31,983 bases of DNA from positions 1 through 31,983 of the IMG/VR virus record IMGVR_UViG_3300036713_000115, one strand, 5' to 3'. A program made the position numbers and the translations under genes. The stretch comes from a virus (lineage: Duplodnaviria; Caudoviricetes). The notes under the pieces are model-generated. The model had not been told where the DNA came from and did not search any database. It saw only the letters and a program-made list of their open reading frames with translations. Positions 7,453-13,814 of the stretch are shown here, piece after piece (within the stretch, counting starts at the first letter, position 1; the number at the start of each line of letters is the position of its first letter).

Positions 7453-8985
7453 TTATCCTACTCTAATTATTCTTGATTTAAGAGGTTGTCTGAAATTATA
7501 GCCGAATTGACTACCACTTCCACTAAAACTTGCAGCTGAACTTGCCATTGTTAATGCAAGTGCATCTGCTTTATCTGGAGACTTAATACCTCTTTTGCGC
7601 ATCTCGTCTTTACTTTCTATTTTTATTTTACCACTAGAAGTATATTTATATAAGGGGGAAGCTAATTCAGCTTCTAATTCATTATCATCTGGTAATCTAC
7701 AATCTCTATGCGACAACCAATCTTTGATTGCAAACCATAACTCCGCACGCAAGTTTAAATAATTTTTTTTCGTAGCAGGTGCTTCGGCAACATTCACGCC
7801 ACGCACAGGTAAGTTTTGCTCGGCGAGTCTATCGACTACGCCTGCGCCTAAACCAATAACATCTACTAATATTTCTTGTGGTCGTTCTATCGCAGTAGCA
7901 TCATCATAGCGATTTTTTATCAAGCCACAAAACTGCATTAAGTCCATAGAAGGAAAGGATTGTATTTCAAGTACATGGTTTCCTTGACGCACGCATAGTG
8001 CAGATTTGTCTCCGCCAAACCTTGCGACATCAACACCCCAAACGATAGGCTCGCTTGCGGCGAGGGAAACATCTCTATCTACTGCGCTTTTAATCAGTTC
8101 CATTGGTATAACAGTATCATCGTCTGCGGATGGAAACTCGCCCATCACCTCCACGCGCGCAACGGTAGAATCTTCGCCGTACTGCTCAATCATTTTGGAG
8201 AATAGTTTTTTGTCCGTGCCTTCGACCGTGCGTGAGTCGATCTGCTCGTTCTTCCAGAATGGTTTTGCGCTGTGGAAGGAATCGTAGAAAGGTCCTTGAT
8301 TCCTGCGTGGGTTGGAAAAAGTAAACCAAAATCTGTTAGGCGTGGGTTCGGAGAAGAACCCTTCGCTGACCGAGTAAATAGGAGAAGGAATACCCGATGC
8401 TTCATCCATTATCAAGCATACACCGTAAGATGAATGGATGCCTGCAAACGCATCTGGGTTTTCCTCGCTCCATAACTGTGCTTGGGCGTAATAATAACCA
8501 GTATCAATCTTTAGATCTCGCTCTAAAGCCTCATCAAACCATCCAGATGGCTTTATGGTTGTAGCAGTCTTTGCCCACCAATGAGAATTTATTGATAATG
8601 TGAGCCATTTACCAAGCTCTGCCCATGTTCTACTTCTTAACTGTTGTTCGGTGTTAGCAGTAACAATTACTGTGGATCCAAGTCTGGTTGATAACATCCA
8701 CAAAACAATCCAAGACACCAAAGCTGATTTACCAATACCACGTCCAGATGCTACAGCCATTCTAAACATCTCTGGTAGGTCCTTCATACCATTACGTTGA
8801 ATGTGTATTGTCATTTCTCTCAAAATTTTTTCCTGCCACTTCCTTGGACCTGTAAAATCTTCGAGGGGGGTGTCTTTTATTCCCCAAGGGAACACGAATT
8901 TAACAAAGTTTAGTGGATTATCTTTAATTACTGGTGACCAAAGCTCAGTCATTAACATTTTTTCATCTTCTGGCTTATATTTCAT
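7453..8985 (-). CDS. terL: Terminase large subunit
   Basis: Walker A SGRGIGKS, Walker B IMDEAS, coupling motif SNP, RNase H GVDVARFG.D and SPD.ADA. Confidence 0.95.
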   Translation of the reverse strand: MKYKPEDEKMLMTELWSPVIKDNPLNFVKFVFPWGIKDTPLEDFTGPRKWQEKILREMTIHIQRNGMKDLPEMFRMAVASGRGIGKSALVSWIVLWMLSTRLGSTVIVTANTEQQLRSRTWAELGKWLTLSINSHWWAKTATTIKPSGWFDEALERDLKIDTGYYYAQAQLWSEENPDAFAGIHSSYGVCLIMDEASGIPSPIYSVSEGFFSEPTPNRFWFTFSNPRRNQGPFYDSFHSAKPFWKNEQIDSRTVEGTDKKLFSKMIEQYGEDSTVARVEVMGEFPSADDDTVIPMELIKSAVDRDVSLAASEPIVWGVDVARFGGDKSALCVRQGNHVLEIQSFPSMDLMQFCGLIKNRYDDATAIERPQEILVDVIGLGAGVVDRLAEQNLPVRGVNVAEAPATKKNYLNLRAELWFAIKDWLSHRDCRLPDDNELEAELASPLYKYTSSGKIKIESKDEMRKRGIKSPDKADALALTMASSAASFSGSGSQFGYNFRQPLKSRIIRVG

Positions 8986-9132
8986 AAAAAAATTATCTCA
9001 CTATGTATTTATAATTACCGCCACCGCCAATAAACAAAGGGGGGTCAATTCTGTTTTTCCTAGCACGCTCACGAACGCAAGAAAATCCTTGTGCAAATAT
9101 GCACGGACGCTTGTGCGTGCATGCGTGCATGC

Positions 9133-9552
9133 TTACTTCTTAATGTCATCTAGCTTTAACCTTTCATCTGGAACCGTCTCTCCTTCTATCACGCGCGCTT
9201 GCGCGACTTGCATAACGTCCTTGAGGTTTAGATTGTGCTGGACCTCCTGGCGGTCGCTCCATTCCTCTGGAGATCTATTTTTTAGGTAAAACTGGATTGC
9301 CTGGAAGTTGCCTTCGTGGATTTGATTCATCAATGCGGACGTTGCTACTTTCATTCCAGCCGCCTTGCCGCGTGCCAGAGCCTCCGAAATTTCCTTTTTA
9401 CGCTTTCTATTTTTGTTGAACGTATCCCATCCAATACCAAGACTTCGACAAATATCCATGATTCCCAAGCCTTGTGCAGCTAACATCTCTACCTGGTCAG
9501 CATCAATAATAATCTTTTTTCTTCCTGGTTTTCCACTCGGCATTTTGCTCAT
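9133..9552 (-). CDS. terS: Terminase small subunit
   Basis: N-terminal HTH, AIQFYLKNR.PEEW.DR motif, upstream of terL. Confidence 0.85.
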   Translation of the reverse strand: MSKMPSGKPGRKKIIIDADQVEMLAAQGLGIMDICRSLGIGWDTFNKNRKRKKEISEALARGKAAGMKVATSALMNQIHEGNFQAIQFYLKNRSPEEWSDRQEVQHNLNLKDVMQVAQARVIEGETVPDERLKLDDIKK

Positions 9553-9631
9553 AATCCGTTTAATTATAGTGTATTTATAATGTTTATATATGCTTTTATT
9601 AAACTAATTAATAATTATGTGAGTATATGTG

Positions 9632-9659
9632 TTGACATCTGAGTATATATCCGTATACT
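9632..9659 (+). promoter_or_regulatory. Sigma70-type early promoter P1
   Basis: TTGACA-16 bp-TATACT; AGGAGG SD downstream. Confidence 0.7.
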
Positions 9660-9693
9660 AATAGTTGTGGTTGTTATTTTAAAAGGAGGAAAT

Positions 9694-9876
9694 ATGGAAA
9701 TAAAACTAATGATAAAGAATGTGTTTGGCAATGAGCTGGTCTATCCAGTTTGTTACCAGGCAAAAGCTTTGGCTAAACTGAAAGGTACCAAGACTTTCAA
9801 TGATGTTGACTTAACCATCATCAAAGGTCTGGGTTATAAATTTAAATGGGTCGCTTTAACAAAGGAGGTGGCGTGA
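9694..9876 (+). CDS. Early hypothetical protein (60 aa)
   Basis: AGGAGG SD before MEIKLM; KNVFGNELVYPVC motif. Confidence 0.75.
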   Translation: MEIKLMIKNVFGNELVYPVCYQAKALAKLKGTKTFNDVDLTIIKGLGYKFKWVALTKEVA

Positions 9877-10184
9877 TGGAAAAGAAATATAGTGACGATA
9901 TAGTTAAGGATCTAATACCTTATGTTATTAAGTTGGTAAAAGAAACAGCATACGTTGATCCAAATGATCCAAGAGTTACTGATGCAGACGCTCTTGGAAT
10001 AATTGTGGCCAAGTATTTAAAATGGGATGGTGCAGATATTATGGAGACAATGTTCTCAGCTCTGGAAGATGCTAACTACCACACACTAAACGAAAAATTG
10101 TTAGAAACATACAAGGATTGGGAGAACGAAGAAGATCCTAATGAACTTGATTGGAACAACACGGCAAGTCCTTGTCATTACTAA
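9876..10184 (+). CDS. Early acidic hypothetical protein (102 aa)
   Basis: GGAGG SD and TGATG coupling. Confidence 0.7.
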   Translation: MEKKYSDDIVKDLIPYVIKLVKETAYVDPNDPRVTDADALGIIVAKYLKWDGADIMETMFSALEDANYHTLNEKLLETYKDWENEEDPNELDWNNTASPCHY

Positions 10185-10669
10185 TGAATAAGTTAAAGAT
10201 ATTTGTAGACATGGACGGAGTTTTAGCAGACTTCGTTCGTGGTGTTGAGAGTCCAGAGTTTTTAAATGGACCACTAACAAATGACGCAGACTATGACACT
10301 AGGAAGTTAGAGCTGTCTAATAAAGGTTTGTTTGCAAAGTTACCAAAGATGGCAGACATGGATTACCTGGTAGATCATATCAAACAAAGTGGTGAATACT
10401 GGGAGATCTTAACAGCTACAGGCGATGTCAACAGACAAAGAGTTGCAGCTGACAAAAACCAATGGATCAAAGAACATGTGGATCCAAACGTATTAATTAC
10501 CTGTACCATCAAAGGTAGACACAAGGCCGTCTTTGCTAAACAAAACCATGTGTTGATAGATGATAGGTTAGAAAACATAGAGGCCTGGACCAAGGCTGGA
10601 GGTATAGGTATTTTGCATAAAAATGCACAAGAAACCATAGAAAAATTAATACCTCTTTTTTTCTCATAA
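10184..10669 (+). CDS. HAD-family 5'(3')-nucleotidase (NT5C-like)
   Basis: FVDMDGVLADF, ILT, K..W, LIDDR..NI..W..AGG.GILH. Confidence 0.88.
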   Translation: MNKLKIFVDMDGVLADFVRGVESPEFLNGPLTNDADYDTRKLELSNKGLFAKLPKMADMDYLVDHIKQSGEYWEILTATGDVNRQRVAADKNQWIKEHVDPNVLITCTIKGRHKAVFAKQNHVLIDDRLENIEAWTKAGGIGILHKNAQETIEKLIPLFFS

Positions 10670-10672
10670 GGG

Positions 10673-10701
10673 TTGATATAAGTAGTATAACGTACTATAA
10701 T
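10673..10701 (+). promoter_or_regulatory. Sigma70-type early promoter P2
   Basis: TTGATA-17 bp-TATAAT. Confidence 0.75.
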
Positions 10702-10734
10702 AGTTTTGTGGTTGTGATTAATAAAGGAGAAAAA

Positions 10735-11025
10735 ATGAGAAAACACAAATGGGATGATCCAAGATATGTTGGTGGTATTGATACTGGTGACAGGATCTAT
10801 TACAAGGGTGATATGGCTAATGTGAGTGGCTGGGGAACTGTTACTAAGGTTGAGCCTTGTGACTGGTATCACAAAACAATAACTATCAAGTTAGAAGATG
10901 GTAGGGTCCAAAAGATTAACCCTTACATGTTGGGTTGCCAGACTGAGGCTGACAAACCAATCTACAACCAAGGTGGTTTGGAAAGACATGTGATAGCTTA
11001 CAAAAAAGAATGGGAGGTGGCGTAA
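10735..11025 (+). CDS. Early protein, possible SH3/KOW-like fold
   Basis: AAGGAG SD; GDRIYY.GD.AN..G.GTVTKV. Confidence 0.65.
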   Translation: MRKHKWDDPRYVGGIDTGDRIYYKGDMANVSGWGTVTKVEPCDWYHKTITIKLEDGRVQKINPYMLGCQTEADKPIYNQGGLERHVIAYKKEWEVA

Positions 11026-11192
11026 TGAGAGAATATAAAGTTGTTTTTGGGAAAAACCCAATGAAACCAAGGGTTGTGTATGTAAATGCAAACAATGCTG
11101 GTGAAGCTATAAAGTTTGTTATGGACACATACAATGTTTATAGAAACATGGTTCACATGACAACATGGGTAAATACAAGGGAGGTGGCATAG
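11025..11192 (+). CDS. Early hypothetical protein (55 aa)
   Basis: GGAGG SD, TAATG coupling. Confidence 0.65.
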   Translation: MREYKVVFGKNPMKPRVVYVNANNAGEAIKFVMDTYNVYRNMVHMTTWVNTREVA

Positions 11193-11419
11193 TGGCTAAA
11201 TATAAAGTGGGTGACAAAGTAAAACTAATACACGAAGAGTACAACGAGGAGGGAACTGTCGTTGGGATCTTCGACCTTCATGCAGATACGTTTGAGAATG
11301 AAGGCCAAATCAGAGTCGCGGTAAGAGACAGATACTATTGTGACTTTGGCTATGATGTGAAGTGGGAAGATGGTAACGGACCAAACCCCTGGGCAGAAAA
11401 TGAACTGGAGGTAGCGTAA
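11192..11419 (+). CDS. Early protein, SH3-like (75 aa, GTG start)
   Basis: KYKVGDKV...GTV...YDVKWEDG...W.ENELE. Confidence 0.7.
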   Translation: MAKYKVGDKVKLIHEEYNEEGTVVGIFDLHADTFENEGQIRVAVRDRYYCDFGYDVKWEDGNGPNPWAENELEVA

Positions 11420-11592
11420 TGGCTTTAAAAAATAAATCACATAAAAGCATCCTTGGAAAAATGAGAAGGAAGTATGGACTCAAAGACAACGTAGATCCAA
11501 AGAAAGCAGAGATAGCTATGACTCCAGATGACTGGAAGATATTTAGCGAAGCATTAACATTTCCTAACGGAAAACCAAGTAACAAGGAGTAA
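11419..11592 (+). CDS. Early hypothetical protein (57 aa)
   Basis: Translated by hand MALKNKSHK...MTPDDWKIFSEALTFPNGKPSNKE; GGAGG SD. Confidence 0.65.
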   Translation: MALKNKSHKSILGKMRRKYGLKDNVDPKKAEIAMTPDDWKIFSEALTFPNGKPSNKE

Positions 11593-11598
11593 AAAATT

Positions 11599-11685
11599 AT
11601 GGACTATCAAGTATTACCAATATTAATGTTCATGGCGATATGCCTTTATGCAGTTGCATTAATCATTAAAGACAAGAACAAATGA
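11599..11685 (+). CDS. 28 aa single-TM peptide
   Basis: MDYQVLPILMFMAICLYAVALIIKDKNK; AAGGAG SD; ATGA coupling. Confidence 0.6.
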   Translation: MDYQVLPILMFMAICLYAVALIIKDKNK

Positions 11686-11927
11686 TATTTTCAATAAACA
11701 TAAATGGAAACATCGTTGACTGGTGCTACAACTTAGATTGCCAGGAAAAACAATTTCACAGAACATGGATTCCAAAACTAAGAGACATTCAGATTATAAC
11801 CAAAGATCTAAATGGACTTAAAGTTAGTGAAGTTAGAAAAATAATTCTGGAAGATATACAACCAGACATTCAAATGGTTAGGGACCATAACAACAAAGTA
11901 GCAAGAGATAGGAGGCAAAGATTATGA
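11682..11927 (+). CDS. Early hypothetical protein
   Basis: 81 aa ORF coupled to both neighbours. Confidence 0.65.
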   Translation: MIFSININGNIVDWCYNLDCQEKQFHRTWIPKLRDIQIITKDLNGLKVSEVRKIILEDIQPDIQMVRDHNNKVARDRRQRL

Positions 11928-12106
11928 ATTTTGATACAGCTTTTGGTAAATATTCAGCTCACTATAGAGACAGAGGATTTGGTACACAATTACCTAACAT
12001 TTCAAGAACACACTCTAAAGCAACAGGAGAGGGCGGATATTTGCTTCGTGATGAAAATGATATGCACATAGCCTACATAACAAAAGATGGCAAGGTAGAG
12101 GCTTAG
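11924..12106 (+). CDS. Early hypothetical protein
   Basis: 60 aa; AGGAGG SD. Confidence 0.65.
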   Translation: MNFDTAFGKYSAHYRDRGFGTQLPNISRTHSKATGEGGYLLRDENDMHIAYITKDGKVEA

Positions 12107-12107
12107 A

Positions 12108-12197
12108 ATGGACAGAAACAATATTCCAAAACACCTTAGACATTTAACCAAAGAACAACTAAAAGCATTGTTCTATTTATTTAGGAAACCAGTATGA
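12108..12197 (+). CDS. 29 aa peptide
   Basis: MDRNNIPKHLRHLTKEQLKALFYLFRKPV; GAGG SD; ATGA coupling. Confidence 0.55.
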   Translation: MDRNNIPKHLRHLTKEQLKALFYLFRKPV

Positions 12198-12385
12198 GCA
12201 ACTTACACAATGAAGAACAATTAGAAAACATACATTACCAATTAACAGAACAAGATAGAAAAGGTTTAATTGATGATGAAATAAATTCAGTAGCTAATAA
12301 TTACGGCCTGAGTCCAGATGATGACCGAGACGAAATTATATTTTTTATAGCTGAGTTTATATTTTTTGACATGAATACAGTATAG
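12194..12385 (+). CDS. Acidic early hypothetical protein
   Basis: 63 aa ORF, coupled start. Confidence 0.6.
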   Translation: MSNLHNEEQLENIHYQLTEQDRKGLIDDEINSVANNYGLSPDDDRDEIIFFIAEFIFFDMNTV

Positions 12386-12394
12386 GAGTAAAAA

Positions 12395-12613
12395 ATGACA
12401 GGCAAAGGATCAGGCAGACGCATAGAAGATATAAACAAGATACGAAACAATTGGGATAGCATCTTCAAAAAGCGCGACAAGAAACAAATAACCGAAGTAA
12501 CAATTGAATTTGAAATGCCAGGTAACCCAAGCATAAATGACATCAACAACCATGTTGAAAAAATGTTAAAAGAGAATAAAATTGTTTATACAACCATAAC
12601 CAAATATATTTAA
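12395..12613 (+). CDS. Hypothetical protein (GKGS.RR...NWD.IF.K motif)
   Basis: 72 aa; AGGAG SD. Confidence 0.7.
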   Translation: MTGKGSGRRIEDINKIRNNWDSIFKKRDKKQITEVTIEFEMPGNPSINDINNHVEKMLKENKIVYTTITKYI

Positions 12614-12717
12614 TGCTTGAACTGATTATCAAAATACTACTATCGCTATCTGGAGTATTCGCACTCATGCTACTACTCACATCTTTAGCGATTGTGATAA
12701 TCGACCGAAAGCAATAA
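12613..12717 (+). CDS. 34 aa single-TM peptide
   Basis: MLELIIKILLSLSGVFALMLLLTSLAIVIIDRKQ; TAATG coupling. Confidence 0.55.
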   Translation: MLELIIKILLSLSGVFALMLLLTSLAIVIIDRKQ

Positions 12718-12721
12718 GTTT

Positions 12722-12783
12722 GACTAGCGAGAGCGTCATTACCCTCCGTAAATGACAACCCCCCTATAAGTCTCTCGCTGGTC
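12722..12783 (+). ncRNA. Candidate structured RNA 1 with anti-SD loop
   Basis: 12-bp outer stem 12722-12733/12772-12783 (one G-U), inner stem GTCATT/AATGAC around CCCTCC. Confidence 0.5.
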
Positions 12784-12799
12784 CCCTTAATAAAAACAT

Positions 12800-12828
12800 T
12801 TGACCATAAGTAGAAATGCGTATACAAT
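12800..12828 (+). promoter_or_regulatory. Sigma70-type promoter P3
   Basis: TTGACC-17 bp-TACAAT. Confidence 0.65.
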
Positions 12829-12850
12829 ATAATTTTACGGAGGGATTATT

Positions 12851-13084
12851 ATGTTGAAATTAGAACTTACAAAGAGACAGTGGGAAGTAATAACCAATGC
12901 TATGCAATGTTATGCAAACGACACAAGATCAGAGCTTGATCATTATAAAAAATACCATGGCATAGAAAATCCATATCATGGTGGAAATATTGATGAAATA
13001 GACAATATCCATAGAACAGCTGGAGAGTTAAAGGTTTGTCATAACCTGTTGGAAAAACTCCAAGGTAATAAGCATTTTTATTAA
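12851..13084 (+). CDS. Hypothetical protein (77 aa) with own promoter
   Basis: GGAGG SD; helical ORF. Confidence 0.7.
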   Translation: MLKLELTKRQWEVITNAMQCYANDTRSELDHYKKYHGIENPYHGGNIDEIDNIHRTAGELKVCHNLLEKLQGNKHFY

Positions 13085-13133
13085 AATCAAAAACGCTAGG
13101 TAGAATCCCCATTTACCCTTATAATGAATTTAC

Positions 13134-13198
13134 AGAGCTTAGGCGTATCTATAGACCACGATCCCCCTTTCACTCCTCTCCAGGTATGTCTTAGCTCT
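13134..13198 (+). ncRNA. Candidate structured RNA 2 with C-rich anti-SD loop
   Basis: 17-bp stem 13134-13150/13182-13198 (3 G-U, 1 mismatch), 31-nt loop, TATAAT at 13120-13125. Confidence 0.45.
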
Positions 13199-13652
13199 CC
13201 TTAAATATCTCGTAAGCTAAACCAACCAAAAGATAATGTTTCTTACCACTCGCCTGACTCTTCCTCAACCTACCCTCCACGCCTTCAAGCACGCACCAGA
13301 CAACCTCACTCTCTATCAACTCTTTCATGGCCCTACCAGCAGTTCGTCTGCTAACACCAATCATCTTACAATAATAACTAACTGCATCGTGAGAACTAAA
13401 CGTCTCAAATCGATACCTCTCACATACTGCCCAGAGTAAAAGCTTCGCACTCACGCTTAAATCTTCACGCCCACATTCACGCCTGTAGATCTTCCACACG
13501 CATGAACGCATCTTCATATAATTATCACTCACGCATGCTAATGGAACTAATGCACTTCGATGTAGCTTGGGAACTTCTATTGGAACCACCCACCAGAAAT
13601 CTTTATTCTTTCTATCAAACTTTCTAATCATCCATGACTCGCTTGCACGCAC
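13191..13652 (-). CDS. Winged-HTH protein, replication-initiator-like (start may be 13631)
   Basis: LS.SAKLLL...and IGVSRRTAGRAMKELIE HTH; downstream of primase-helicase. Confidence 0.65.
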   Translation of the reverse strand: MRASESWMIRKFDRKNKDFWWVVPIEVPKLHRSALVPLACVSDNYMKMRSCVWKIYRRECGREDLSVSAKLLLWAVCERYRFETFSSHDAVSYYCKMIGVSRRTAGRAMKELIESEVVWCVLEGVEGRLRKSQASGKKHYLLVGLAYEIFKES

Positions 13653-13687
13653 GCGCGTATTTTTTCTCTCTTCCTCTCTTGCTTGCG

Positions 13688-13808
13688 TGGAGGGGAAAAC
13701 GCCTCCAGCGTTTGACCCATCCTATAGCATGGTATGCTATGGATATATGCGACAAGTTGTCTATAGTAGGTACCACTTTTGTCGCAAGCAGGTACCAGTT
13801 TTGTCGCA
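13688..13808. repeat. Candidate replication origin: two hairpins plus iteron-like repeats
   Basis: AGGTACCASTTTTGTCGCA at 13768 and 13790; inverted TGCGACAA at 13748; hairpins 13688-13707 and 13719-13744. Confidence 0.55.
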
Positions 13809-13814
13809 TGTTTG

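Noticed and set aside
8801-9289. 162-aa + strand ORF across the terS/terL gap
   Set aside because: Antisense to both terminase genes; no motifs
12722-12783. tRNA-like element
   Set aside because: No T-loop, D-loop or cloverleaf
12742-12844. Invertible promoter flanked by 11-bp inverted repeats
   Set aside because: No recombinase in window; anti-SD/SD pairing explains the repeat better
13768-13808. Mini-CRISPR array
   Set aside because: Only two repeats 3 bp apart; no spacer
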